A DNA stretch of 63,901 nucleotides, filler included, from Olpidium bornovanus S191 (Eukaryota; Fungi; Olpidiomycota): assembly GCA_017911155.1 (NCBI GenBank). It is 31 parts of 31 records of this genome, joined end to end, with 100 filler letters (N's around TTAATTAATTAA, not from the genome) between each part and the next. Parts side by side here need not be neighbours in the genome. Positions count along the whole stretch, not along the records: positions 33,434 to 37,255 come from JAEFCI010002771.1; positions 37,356 to 38,990 come from JAEFCI010004125.1; positions 39,091 to 41,816 come from JAEFCI010000763.1; positions 41,917 to 43,116 come from JAEFCI010004922.1; positions 43,217 to 44,584 come from JAEFCI010004385.1; positions 44,685 to 48,527 come from JAEFCI010003737.1; 25 more parts are not named here. One strand, written 5' to 3'. The notes beneath the pieces are model-generated. The model had not been told where the DNA came from, did not search any database, and saw nothing but the letters and a program-made list of their open reading frames with translations. Both the position numbers and the translations under genes were made by a program. Position 1 is the first letter of the stretch, and every line of letters begins with the position of its first letter. Positions 34,742-47,049 of this stretch are shown one piece after another.

Positions 34742-35321
34742 AGCAAACAAAACAAGCATTTCGGACGCCCTCGTTCTCCCTCCCACACCCTCTACCCTTT
34801 CCTCCCCAGCCCTCCGAAATCCCGTCATCGCCGGCCCTCCGCAGCCGTCCCTTTGCGCGTCTGCCTACGCGCTCCTCTCGGCGGACCGGCAGACGGCCAG
34901 CGCCATCTCTCTCGGATTTCCCTTCGCCGCCCCGCGCCCTGACTTGGCAAAATTTCCGGCGAAGCACGACCGGCGGAGCGGCCGCGGGCGAGCTGGTCAG
35001 CTCCCGCGGAAGAAGGCGAGCACCGTCCGACAGGGACGGACAAGGCGGACAGTGGTGGACGACGACGCCCCGAGTGAAAAATATAAAGACCGCGGGCAAA
35101 GAGTCCGTTACAAATGTACATGCGGAGTGGAAGCGGAAACGCAGCCAAAGCCGTCAAGGCCCGATGCTCCCGTTCCCGGCGTGCGCGCCCCAGGCGGCGT
35201 CCTGACTTCCGCGACGCGTTCCGACGCAAGCCCACGCGGCTCTGCGCTTCCGGAACAAAAAAAAAGGGGGGACCAGAGCCTTCCTTCTCTCCCTCTCCCT
35301 CATTACCGCTCCGCACATTTC

Positions 35322-36645
35322 TCAGTCGCCGCTCGCGCATCCCCTGCACCCGCAGAGCACACACTCGACGACCCGCCCTTCTTCCAACTTCGCCTTCGGA
35401 ACCCGGCAGATGCAGGTCGTGCCAAAATTTGTATCCTTCGGCTGGATGCACCGCAGGCAGCACAGCTTTTCGAAGCCGTTCTGCCGTACAGCGGGTGGGG
35501 GAGAGTGGGGAAGAGTCGTCATCGCGCGGAGGGGGACCCGTCCGTCGGCGCGTCGTTCGAGGCGGTTCAACACGGAAGTGAGCAAGGTCAGCAAGAAGGA
35601 AATAAACGGCAAAAAGTGCTGGGCGCCGGCGGGCTCGTCGTCGAAAGCAGCGCAGATTTTCCCCCGTACGCCCTCAAAGTCTTCCCTCGCGACGCACCTT
35701 CTTCCACTTCGCGATGAGGTTCTTGTCCGCGTACCCCTCCTTGAGGAGGTAGTCGAAAAGCTCTTTGGATATGGCCTTTCGCTTATGGTACATCTCGTAG
35801 ACGTAGCGCGACCGCTGGTGGTGTATCCGGAATATTGGCCACTCCGACTCCACCCTCCGCTTCCCCTCGTGCGGCTCGTTCTCGGCTGCGGGCAGAATTC
35901 CGGCCAAAGGCGGGGGGACACAAACTGTTTCAGCGCGGTGCTTCCCCGCCCTGGGTTCCCCGCGATCCAGCCAAAAAAAGGAAAAAAAAAAGAAGCAAAA
36001 AGAACGGTTCCGGAGGAACGCGGACGCGGCGCGAGGAAGGTGGGGGGTGGGGGAGCGCGGCCGTCCCGGCAGGCAACGAGGGTCCTGGAAGCATCCACGC
36101 CACGGCGCGGCAAAGTCGCCTGCCCAACTTGCGACATGCCCCCCGTCCGTCCTGCGCTCGCTGGCGAACCCAGGAAGTGGGCCCGCCGCCGGGCGCGCCC
36201 GCGCGTTTTGGACGGGCTTCCTCCCAGCATCCTGGCACGGGAGGAACCACCCCTACTCACACGCCCCCCTCCCTCCCCTCTCCCCTCGTGGCAGCGGGCT
36301 CCCCTTTGACGTGCGAGCGTCGCCGAGCGGCAAGAGGCTAGACAGCCACCTCGGATTCGCGTCCGCGCGCGCCCGTCCCCCGCATATCCACGCTCCGCCC
36401 TGTGCTCACTCCGGGCGGCGAACCGTTCGTCGTAGCTTCTGCCGCTCTCGGTCTGGGCTATTTCGCCGCTCCGTTACCGCTCTCCCGGCCACTCCTCCTT
36501 CTTTCCCGGCCTCCCAACTTCTTCCGGCGGAGAGCGGCGCATACACACCCTCCTTCATCTTTCTCTGGAACTCCAGCAGCGTGGGTTCCACGTCGTCGAA
36601 ACCTTCCGGCGGCCTTTTCGACCTTGCGTGCCGGATCTTGGGCAT
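35322..36645 (-). CDS. BUD31: Bud31/G10 splicing factor, complete, 3 exons, 147 aa
   Basis: Exons 36645-36549, 35885-35698, 35480-35322 (444 nt) read MPKIRH...[11 protein letters not shown]..|[30 protein letters not shown]|[33 protein letters not shown]. Confidence 0.98.
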
Positions 36646-36748
36646 TTCCGGGGTGGAGGCGGGGGGGGGGGGCTTCCTCGCGAGCGTTTCACAACGAGTT
36701 CGGCAGCCGCCGTCCGGGCGAGGGAGAGCGGTCGGCGCGGCGGCAGCC

Positions 36749-36810
<62 letters not shown>

Positions 36811-37913
36811 TGGGGTTGGGTTGCTTTCCTGCACTCGACGAAAATCAATCACGCGCGCGCGCACACACACTCGCGCACACACCCATTCCGGGCGCGCCAG
36901 TAACATCGTTCGCAATGGGGCCGGGCCGGGCAGTCGTTCTCAATCATCTCTGTCTCGTTCTCTCCTTACCTCTCTCAATCTCTCTTTTTCTCTTCCTCTC
37001 TTTCTCTCTTTCGCTTTTTCTCTATATCTTAAGGACTGTTGAAATCCCGCAGTGACACTGTTTCACCTTTTCTCTGCGGCTCCTTCTGCCGCGTCGCTTG
37101 CCTCTTTTGGTTCTGCCCCCCTTGTCGTCTTGTGTTCATGTTCGTCCCGGATAAGCACGCAAGCGGTTTTGTGTTATTCTCAACTTAGAGTAGATTATCT
37201 TATACGCTGACCGTAGTAAAAACCTAACCTATTCAAGGCCTATTGACATCCCGCCNNNNNNNNNNNNNNNNNNNNNNNNNNNNNNNNNNNNNNNNNNNNT
37301 TAATTAATTAANNNNNNNNNNNNNNNNNNNNNNNNNNNNNNNNNNNNNNNNNNNNGCATGTTCGAGCCACTCGACCTAAGGTTCTAATGTCAACGAAGTT
37401 TAGAACGTAGGCCGCAATCTCGTAAGGAAGACTGTTGAGAAAATCTACGAGATTAGTCCAGGGGAGAAACGGCGAACATAATCAGCAGCCGTTTACAAAA
37501 GTACAGTTACTCCCGGCAATTCAAGATAAATGCCGAAGACTGGAAACTGCAGGCCACGTCGGCATATCTTATTCATTCTTCGCACCCAACCCGGCGCATC
37601 GTCGCAGATTTCACCATTAAACTGCCAGTGCGGTTTAAGACCGGTGTAGGCACTCACCGACCCCGCCTCTCGCCACGCCTACCGTAGGCCCCTTTTGCAA
37701 CTGATCCTCGTAACTTCTAAACAAGGACAAGTCACCTTTGCTGCCGCCAGGTGACCCCCTGACGGGGTATCCAGGCACCTCGGCACAAGTGCAGGCCGGG
37801 CTTGTGGCCTCGTTCACGGCCAAGCGTTCAGGCTGCAAGGAACGGAAAAAGCGGACGACGGCGTACCGTAAGCCGCTCGTTTCCAGGCAAGGGTTGCTAA
37901 CAGTTTCGCACAT

Positions 37914-38447
37914 TTAAGACGAGCGTGGAATTCGAAGAGAGGGGGGGGGAGGGGGGGAGGAGAAGATGGGTACGCTTCGCTCAAGACGTACCGACGCCAG
38001 CGGGGGAAAGTGTTGCTGGTACGAGGCGTTTCGCACCGGGCACGACTGGGCGTGCGTGTAAGTGTCGCTCAGGCGGAATTCATCAGGCGACGGGGTGCCG
38101 GCGGCGGCGCCCCGGGGTACCGACCGCGGGACGGTGCTCAGAACATTACTGCGAGCTCCTCCTGCACTTGCGTGCTCCTGGCCGTCTGCGTCTGAGCCGT
38201 CCGCGGGCCGCTTCAGGAGACGCAGGAACCTCGTCGTGCGCTGGATGAATCCCGCCGGAAGATTTTTCATCGCGTTGGCGGCTCCCACCTGTGCGAGAGG
38301 ACGTTCGGGCCCGACCGCCAAATCCCACCTGGCGGCCCTGCGGAGTCCCCCCGCTTCGCCCGTTTCGGCTGGCGCCGACACGGCTCCCTGCGTCCCGAAG
38401 ACCTCTCCTGCGCTGCACGCCTCCCGAACACGGCGCCCGGACGCCAC
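37914..38447 (-). CDS. Hypothetical coding exon
   Basis: CAG acceptor at 38448 after a T-rich tract, then an open frame (AANAMKNLPAGFIQRTTRFLRLLKRP). No domain recognised. Confidence 0.3.
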   Translation of the reverse strand: MASGRRVREACSAGEVFGTQGAVSAPAETGEAGGLRRAARWDLAVGPERPLAQVGAANAMKNLPAGFIQRTTRFLRLLKRPADGSDADGQEHASAGGARSNVLSTVPRSVPRGAAAGTPSPDEFRLSDTYTHAQSCPVRNASYQQHFPPLASVRLERSVPIFSSPPPPPSLRIPRSS

Positions 38448-39379
38448 CTGAGAATAAATAAACAGGCCAATGCGACCTTCTTTTCCGCCGGGGGAAGGGC
38501 CTGTCCTTCGTGCCGCCTTCCTGCCAGCGGTCGGGAGATCCCGCCGGCTCCGGGCGTCAGGGGAGGGGGGAGGCTGACCCTCTCCCCTCCTGCGGCGGTG
38601 GGAGCTGCCAGAATATACGGAACCCGGGAGGAGCGCTTGGCGTGGTGCGATCGGCTTGTGCGCCCGGGGCAGGTGCGCCAGCCGGAGTGTCGTAGCAAGT
38701 TGAAACCGGGGGGGAAAAAAGGAAAGAAAATACGAAAGAGAAAAAAACAAAAATGAAAAAAAAGAAAAAAAAAAAGAACAAAAAACAAGAAAAAGTGCAT
38801 GAAAAGCGTGAAGGGAGGCTTGACTTCGTGGCGGACCCGAACCGCTACGTACGGGGGGTTACGGTCACGGAGGGTTACGGTCACGTGGCATGACGCTACA
38901 GTCACGGGCGTGACGCCAAAAGCGAAAAGAAACTCTTGTAGACCTTAACCTACGGTTCGGGAATAAGAAAGAAAAAAAAAAAAAAAAAAANNNNNNNNNN
39001 NNNNNNNNNNNNNNNNNNNNNNNNNNNNNNNNNNTTAATTAATTAANNNNNNNNNNNNNNNNNNNNNNNNNNNNNNNNNNNNNNNNNNNNGACCGACGCG
39101 ACGTCGAATGAAGGCTTCGCCGTCGTTCTACCTTCGCTCGACGTCGACGAGCATAAATAGCGTCCCTTCCGCTCCGTAGCTGGACTTCGACCCCATCCAA
39201 CCCGCCGCGGTAAGACTGCCGCGCCCCCCCCCCCCCCCCCCCCCCCCCCAACAACCCCCCCCCCCCCCCCCCCATCCCCCCCCCCCCCGCCCCCCCCCCC
39301 CCCCTTTTCCCCCGGGCGCCCCCGCGTGTGCGTGGGTTTTAAAACAAATTTGTGAATCCCCCTCTTTGTAAAAAGGCCT

Positions 39380-39418
<39 letters not shown>

Positions 39419-39460
39419 TGCCCCTTGCGCCCGCATGCACGCAGACCGGTGCCGGTTTAC

Positions 39461-39823
39461 CCATGACGTGAAGGAATTGCGTTTGCAACTGCACGGTCAA
39501 GATCGTCACCGGCAGCTCCCTCAGGAACAACTTTAACAATCCTGCGACCGCGTGGACGTCGTAGTAGACATCTTCGTCGGCGGCTAAGTTGACATCTCCT
39601 TCGGTGTTGAAACGGTTTTTCAACTCGTTGATTGTGGTTTTCATTCCGGAGAGGCGGTAGATGCCCTCTTCGCGGTACGCTGGCGCCAGAACGGCGTAGA
39701 ACGGAGTACGAGCGCTTCAGAAGGCTTTCAGGGCCGCGCAAACATGCAGTCTGCAATTTCGCGGCTGCGGAATGCTACCGCGGCCGCTTATGTGCGCGGC
39801 TCGGAAAACATTATAGCACCTTC

Positions 39824-39859
<36 letters not shown>

Positions 39860-41816
39860 CTTCGCCTCCAGGTATTCGATGCACCGGTACACTACAGCCG
39901 GAAGCTCATATCCGGACCTCCATGCCACGCGCGCGATCGCCTGTTCGAGCGGCACTCCGAACACGGGTCCCCCAGACGGCGTCGCTTCTTGAGCCGACCA
40001 CGCTTGGGAAAATCGTGGCCTGCCGCTCATCGGAGCCGGCGAAAGACCTGCACAGTACGTTTATTATTATTTTCATTATCATCTCATTATTATTATTCGC
40101 TTCTGGCTCTGAGTCCAACTTGTAAGCCGGAATTTGCCGGCCACGGAAAGGGCCCTGCTTCTCAAGCAGGCCCCAGGGAAAAGGCAAAGGCAAAATGACT
40201 CACTCATTTTCGTTTCCGCCAACGTCGACAATTGCTTTTTGCGCGGGGTGCCTAGAGAATCTCCCGCGTCGACCGGTTCTCCGTTGGAAGGCCCGCGTTC
40301 CGCGGGCGTCCGCGCCGCGATGAGACGCAACTGGGGGGGCTTGGGACTGATGGGCCGCGGGCCGAAGATGTCTTCCGCCGCTGCGATTCGCGAGTGGTGC
40401 CCGGTCTTCGGCCCCGGGCGATGCGCCGAGCCGCTGCCGTCCAGGGACGCCGACTGGGCGCCAGAGTTCATCGCTCTGGGCGACGACACTTCCGGCGGCC
40501 CGAAGCCTCCGCCAGAGCCCGCGGGATTCGCGATCTCCCGGCTGCCCTGAGTCGGCTCGGCCGCCGGCCACAAAGGAGCCTCTGTATTCGAACGCCGCGG
40601 TTCGCCGCTCTCCTGCATCGGCGGTGGTCCAGAAGGTGCGGCGGGAAAACCCGCCGAAGATGCTTCTTTCCGAGCGTCCGGCGAGTGCACTACCGAACGT
40701 CGCCGGACGGGATAGCCCGCGACGGCGCGAGGCGACAAATGGGGCGCGGAAAAAGAAGGGGCTATCAGGGACATGCGGCGCTGGGCTGATGCCGCAACGC
40801 GGGGCAGGGTCCCATAATGCCGCGCGCGATTGGGGTACTGGGCAGGGTTGGCCTGGTCCTCGGCTCGCAATTGGGTCTGGGGATAAATCCCGGCTGCCCT
40901 CGTGAGCGCATCAACCCACTCGTCGCGTATCTCGTCCGAGTCGGCGCAGAGCACGTGCTTGTGAAACTTCGTTCCCCGGTCCCCGTGTCGCTTCGGTTCC
41001 ATGATGACGAAAGAGTGCCTGAAATCCGCGCTGTCCAACAGCTCGCCGTTCTCTGAATCTTTCGGGAGTCCAATTATACAGCCCTTGAGCGATATCGTGC
41101 CCAGATGGGCACCGCCGTTCTACGCAAGTGGCATCCACGTTCAAAAGAACCGTTGCGCAAATGTAGGGGACACAAGAAGTGCCGGTGGGATGCGCCAAAA
41201 ACTTACGCTATCATAGTATTCCAGGAAAGATGGCTGTATGACGAAATAACGCATCTTCCATTTGCCGAAACTTTTCCCGCGCTTCGTCAGATACCCTTCG
41301 GTGCGCATAGCAGTCCTTCCAGGCGTGTCTGGCGAGGAAGCGACCACGTCCGTCGAAAGGAAGTCCTTAACATCCGAGTGATTACGGAGTGCGGGGGTTG
41401 ACACAACCCAGTTGAGATAATCCTCTAGCTCGGCCTACAGTGAATGGTCGCGAATTTGCAGGAAAGTGTGAGCGGCTAGAATTTTGTTTCTAATACACTA
41501 AAGCGGAAAAATTGCGAACGTTGAAATACGAAGTCCACCAATATGGTGCACCTTTCGCTGTTTAACTTTGCTCGGCGCCCAATTTTGAAAAAGGCTCTTA
41601 TCCGGCAACTTCTTCTTCGCAACGGCGTTGGAGGCGAGAATAGGTTTGATCAGGCCATCGAGAGCAAGAAAATCATAATAATTTTTCTCGATTTTCCATG
41701 TATCTGTCTGGCTTTCGCCATCCATCCGAGACAAGGCGAAGGTGTATACCATCACCTCCCGATCGTTATCGTTCAGTTTTATGGTGTTTCCGATCACACG
41801 GACGGTCAGATCAACA
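39461..41816 (-). CDS. BEM3: Bem3-like PX-PH-RhoGAP, internal fragment
   Basis: PX: WKIEKNYYDFLALD...LPDKSLF...APSKVKQRK. PH: EGYLTKRGKSFGKWKMRYFVI...HVLCADSDEIRDEWVDAL. RhoGAP: VFGVPLEQAI...LPAVVYRCIEYLE, EEGIYRLSG...DVHAVAGLLKLFLRELP. Confidence 0.93.
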
Positions 41817-41916
41817 NNNNNNNNNNNNNNNNNNNNNNNNNNNNNNNNNNNNNNNNNNNNTTAATTAATTAANNNNNNNNNNNNNNNNNNNNNNNNNNNN
41901 NNNNNNNNNNNNNNNN

Positions 41917-42627
41917 CATGTCACCGAAAGGATCGCCTTCCGCTGAATCGACGATCTGAGCCGACGGCATCGGGCTGACGGTCGACATGCCGCGGTCAGG
42001 CTTGTCAGCGCCGCCGATTTCGCCGATGCAGAACTGGCTTCCGACCTTGTCGAGCACGGCCAAGCTATGGAAAGCTGCCGGCACGAGGTGAGAGAGCCAG
42101 TCATCCCGCGAATCAACACCAGTCTGAATCCCTACTCCTTACAGTCGAACTGCTTGGTCGCATCCTGCGCCACGCGAAAGAAAAGCGGAAATCAGGCCCA
42201 CGGCGGGCGGCCGAGCGCGTTGGGGGGGGGGGAGAGGAGCGCGCAATTTTGGTACGTACCGTTCCAGCCACCTTGACGATTATCTTCTTGCCTCCCGGGT
42301 GCTCGTCCAGGAATTTGGTGACATCTACGGCAGGGGCCCGCATTTCTTCACGTGAGCACACCCTTCCAGACAGCCGTAGGCTGCTTAGATGCGACACGAC
42401 GTACCATAAACCTTGTTGTGGACTGAGCCGGGGAAAGCCAGTGGGCAAAGCGCAGACAGAAGACCAATTCTACTAAGCGGTAACTCCCGCAATACTCCCG
42501 CAATACGAAAACGCCGCCGAAATCGGGGGAGGGGGAAGTGGGAGGAAGTCGCGTTTCCTTCACCCGCACTGGCACGTACCGATGATCCAGCAGTCTTCCG
42601 CGGTGTTGTGGGCCGAGACATCTTGTA
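41917..42627 (-). CDS. Cytochrome b5 heme domain followed by the start of a probable acyl-CoA dehydrogenase (fungal b5-ACAD fusion)
   Basis: Exons 42627-42580, 42422-42405, 42324-42260, 42164-42143, 42074-41917 give HNTAEDCWII|VHNKVY|DVTKFLDEHPGGKKIIVKVAGT|DATKQFD|SFHS...CIGEI. The linker ends PFGDM, as in fungal b5-ACAD proteins. The b5 call is strong; the ACAD call is inferred. Confidence 0.85.
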
Positions 42628-43045
42628 CTGGTGGCGAGGCGGAAGAGGGTCGGGGCGGGGAGGACAGAAGGAGTGCCGAGTTTCAGAGATCTTCTCCCTC
42701 CGTCTGGCAGGGAGACCGACGCGGTACGACGGCGCGTGAAACTAGCGCCTAGAACGTGCTTTCGGTCCGGCCCCGGCCCCCGGCCCTCCTTTCGCCCCTT
42801 CACCCGCCCGCTTTCCGCTTTCGAAGACAAAGAGAAGGAAGGCAAAACGACGGGAGAGCGGTTCCGAGTTGGTGGTGGGGGAAGGGAGGGGAAAAGAGGG
42901 AGGGTGGCGGGGGGAGGCATGGAATCCCTCGCCCCGCCTCCTCCTCCCCCGCCTCCACCGCGGGTGCCCCGCTCCGCACCGCCGCGCCCGTCATCCCCTT
43001 TCCCTTTCCCATCTTCCCCCCCCCCCCCCCCCCCCTTTTTTTCCC

Positions 43046-43116
43046 CCCCGGCCCCCGGCCCTCCTTTCGCCCCTTCACCCGCCCGCTTTCCGCTTTCGAA
43101 GACAAAGAGAAGGAAG
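43046..43116. repeat. Contig-end copy of internal sequence 42771-42841
   Basis: About 71 nt identical direct copy after a poly-C/T run, ending exactly at the spacer. Confidence 0.9.
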
Positions 43117-43216
43117 NNNNNNNNNNNNNNNNNNNNNNNNNNNNNNNNNNNNNNNNNNNNTTAATTAATTAANNNNNNNNNNNNNNNNNNNNNNNNNNNN
43201 NNNNNNNNNNNNNNNN

Positions 43217-44130
43217 AGAAAAAAGACACAAGTAAATCACCTTCCCCGCCGGAAATAAGGACGTACCAAGCGGCGAGCGCCATACCAAAATATAATTCAG
43301 CAACGCATTGATGGGACATACGACGAGGAGGATCATGGTGCTGGCGTTGTAAATGCCCTGAGACTGGAGAAATTTCTTCAGGCACTCAAAGACTAATATG
43401 GGCAACAGCCCTGGCAGGAGGTACCGCATGTAAACGCCTGAAAGCGCTGCCAACTGCGGCTCCTGCTTGACAAGCAGTAGCAAGTCCTCGGTGTGTAACC
43501 AGAGGACAACGACTGGTATCAAGCAGAACGAGAGGATGCACAGCCCGCGCTGAAGCCAGATGCCGGCAGCGTACTGGTTGTCTGAACCGGTGACGGCCTG
43601 CGCACACAGCGTGTCAAGAGCCGTGGCCAAGCCAAAAATAACCGAGTAGCCCGTCACGCCCGCAAACATGGTCGACAATGCAGCCGCGGCTAGCTCAGTC
43701 GCCCCTAAATGACCCAAGCTGACAATGGGAGCTGCGACGTCCACGGAGTTGAGGGATCGTATTAGCACCTGGCCAGCCTAGCGCTCCGTGTGCCAGCAGG
43801 CGAGTAATAGCTCACCAGCGTTGATGGACTGCTGTATAGCGTAACCAGCTATAAGCGGGAGAGAACTGATTAAAGGAAGGAAACAGTCAAGCGACTGAAA
43901 AATCGGGGGTGAGTTGGTCGCATTTCCCAAAGCACTTACATTCTCATTACCCGCCAAGATTCCCGAAACACAGGTTTTGGGGTTATACCATTTGGAATGT
44001 CCTCGGGTACTTTGCCGAGCATAGGGGTGGCCTCGTTCGGGTCCTCATCGTCGGTTACGACCGCGCCGTGGCACACGGCAACGTGGGATTGACACTGCAG
44101 CGGACACAAGCCCTGCTCCGGCTCGTCCAC
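43217..44130 (-). CDS. MATE-family efflux transporter (Erc1-like), 5' part
   Basis: SLPLIAGYAIQQSIN|APIVSLGHLGATELAAAALSTMFAGVTGYSVIFGLATALDTLCAQA...QRG...LRYLL-like RYLLPGL...LKKFLQSQG, the classic first MatE repeat. Start codon uncertain. Confidence 0.93.
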
Positions 44131-44828
44131 GACCGGAAAACCGATCTGCGGCGTAGTTGAGCAAGGGGAAGCGTGTTAGCAACGACAGCGAAATGACAGC
44201 GTCGCCGCCTCCCGGGGCAAAAGGGGAGCCAGTGAGGGCGGGAAGGGAAAGGTGGGGGAAGGAGAGGGGGAGAGGTTGGGGTAGTCGCGGGGCTAGGAAC
44301 ACGGCGAGCCCCGGCTCCTGGCGAAACCGCCCGGCGATCTGGCCGGCGTCGCGGAAACGAGCGGCGGCGGGTCCCCCTCCTCACCCGGTCGCACCTGACC
44401 GTGAGACAGCGGCGGGGACGATAGCGTCCCGTAGCCGTCATGATTTGCCATTCGGAACCGGCGTTTGCAAGGCGGGACCGCCGGCTTCCAGGTAGAGGTT
44501 TTGCGAGACGCAGTCGACCGCGGGACGTGCGCTGCCTGCCGTTACTGCCGAGGAAGTGGGGGGGGAGAGACGCGGTGCGCCGAGNNNNNNNNNNNNNNNN
44601 NNNNNNNNNNNNNNNNNNNNNNNNNNNNTTAATTAATTAANNNNNNNNNNNNNNNNNNNNNNNNNNNNNNNNNNNNNNNNNNNNCAAGGACGCGGACGGC
44701 CCGCCCCTGGTCGGAAAATTCAGACTCGGCAGGACAGCTACGCGCTTTCTGCGAATTTTTGTTTGCGCCGTCGCCTCACTCATAAACCAAAACTGATTGC
44801 ACATGCTTTTTTTTCGCCCTCGCGTCGT

Positions 44829-45526
44829 TTAGCCGCCGGCGGCGCCGGCCTCCTCGTGGGCCTTGGCCACAAACTTGGTGTGCTTCCCCATCCCGACCAG
44901 CCTTCCTTCTCCGCCTGTTCCCGCTCCCGCGGCCGCCCGGACGACCACGTCGGTGAAGGCCAGCGTGCGCCCAAGCCGGACGCACTCGGCCGTAATGTCG
45001 AGCGTCTCGTTCTCCGCCGCGGCACTCACGAAGCTCACGGAGATGTCCGTGGAAACGCCCGTGTTCGGGTGGAGGCCGTGCGTTGCGATCGCCAGCGAGC
45101 CTGCGGAGGAGGAAGAGGAGAAGGCGATCGAGCCGAATTCTGGTGAGGGGCCGCCGAAAATCAAAAAAAGGAGCCGCGGAGCCGCCCGGCCTGAACGAAT
45201 AAAAGCAAAACGGGGTTTTGCGAGGATGCCCCGGTTTTTTTTGCGTCTCACCTGCCACGTCGACGAGGCTGCATAGCACTCCCCCGTGCAGTTTCCTGCC
45301 GTTGTTCTTCAGGAGTGATTTGCGCACATCCCCCCCCACCCACCCCCAGAAACGCCCCCCATGGACGACGGGAAAAAACAAAGTGTGGGAGACGTCAAAA
45401 AGCAACCGGCGGGATTGAACGGGAAATAACGATGGCGAGCCGAGGAAACAGGCGACGTACCAGGTGATGCTTCTCGACTTCCATTGAGCACTCGACCTTG
45501 CCGAGGCAGGCGGATTTTATTTGCAG
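44829..45526 (-). CDS. ACOT13: Hotdog-fold acyl-CoA thioesterase (ACOT13/THEM2, PaaI family)
   Basis: LQIKSACLGKVECSMEVEKHHL|NNGRKLHGGVLCSLVDVA|GSLAIATHG...GVSTDISVSFVSAA...LGRTLAFTDV...GKHTKFV. First exon not identified. Confidence 0.92.
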
Positions 45527-46682
45527 CTTAAAAGACCCAAATATTGGTAGGTCACGCGTTTGATGATCGCGGTCATATAAGTTAGTCCTACCAAACCTCT
45601 CCCTCCCCCGGGGCGGGGTGGGGGAGGTTGGGGGTTCACCGCGAACTCTTCCCAACAAGTCACTCGTAGAAGTGAAGGCTCAAGTATCCGGGGCATCGCT
45701 TTTTTTGGACGACGAGCGCTCCCTCGCGCTGCGGCGCAGCGTCGTTCGGAATCCCACACCTTGGAAACAACGCGCGCGTCAAACACGTCGGCTGGACATT
45801 GCTGCCGCGGGCGCGGCAAGGGAGGGAGGACGGTTGAAGCGCGTACGGGGGAGCGGTCAGTACGCCCTCTGGGGGCCTCGCACGAGGACCGGCGCGGCCG
45901 TTATTCCACGTCGCGGACCTTTCAGAAACGCGGCCCACCCTTCCCGGAAGGCCCGCGTCGTCGCTGCGGTCGCGGCGATAGGCATCTTGAGCCGGACCAT
46001 CGCCTTCGACGTGGCTCCGGTGTCGCTGCGTCTATCTCGGGATGCATTCGAGCCCGGTCGAAAACCGTAATTCAGGGGTGCCCCGAACGCGCCGGTCCGG
46101 GTGGCACACACACACACGCACACTTGCGAAACCAGAGACTCACCCACCTGTGCTACAGATCGTACGGCACACTGCCGACTCCGGAAGAAGTCTTCAAACC
46201 TTTCTTTGCCCTGAAAAAAGAGAGGGGAAGAAGACGAAAAGCTTGCTGTTTCGTAGTGAGGCTGACTTTTGTGCAGCCAAGAGCAGAATGCTAAGGTGGG
46301 AAGGAATATCAGGCTCTCGACAGAAATTGCCAAAAAGACAGAGAAAAAGACGGAGGAACAAGAGGCCGGAGTCGGTCACCGGTCACGGAATAACCGAGCC
46401 TGGATCGCGGGTTCAGCCTTCTGTAGCAAAAAGCTGCGAGAGGCTAAAAACGGGAAGGGAAACAAACAGATTGAACTGATTTCAAAATGGGATTCCGGTA
46501 ACCGGACGACGTTTTCCGTTGTTTTGTGCAAGTGGCGGGGAGGGGACGCGCGTCCAGAATATGGAGAATTAAAAGTAATACAGCGGGAGGGCAGGAAGGA
46601 GAACACCCGGCTTCTTATTACTGTTAGGGGTTAACTTCCAGTGGACGTCGTTTCGGAAGGGGCAAGGAACGAAAAAGAGAAA

Positions 46683-46753
<71 letters not shown>

Positions 46754-47049
46754 AGGAGGAGGGGGGTATGCGGCGATTCTGCGGATTAGCTCAAATGCAA
46801 AGAAAAGACGAGGGCGATTTTCTAAGTTACTTCGTGCGGAGGGTATCCGGACGGGGTTCGGTTTCGGTGCGGAGCAAGACGCTTTCTTTTGTCCGCCGTT
46901 CACTGGCGGCGAATGCTCGCCCGGCCAGGCGCGTCCAACGTTCAAAATGCGGCCTTCCTTTCGCCCGTCGTCGCGGCATCACCATCTTCCCACTTCGCGC
47001 TTATACCCCTTCACAAAACGCAACTCAAGCGCTTCAAGCACCACGCGAC

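Noticed and set aside
37040-37255. Possible LTR start (TGTTG...) upstream of BUD31
   Set aside because: No second LTR, primer-binding site or target-site duplication is visible; it may simply be promoter sequence.
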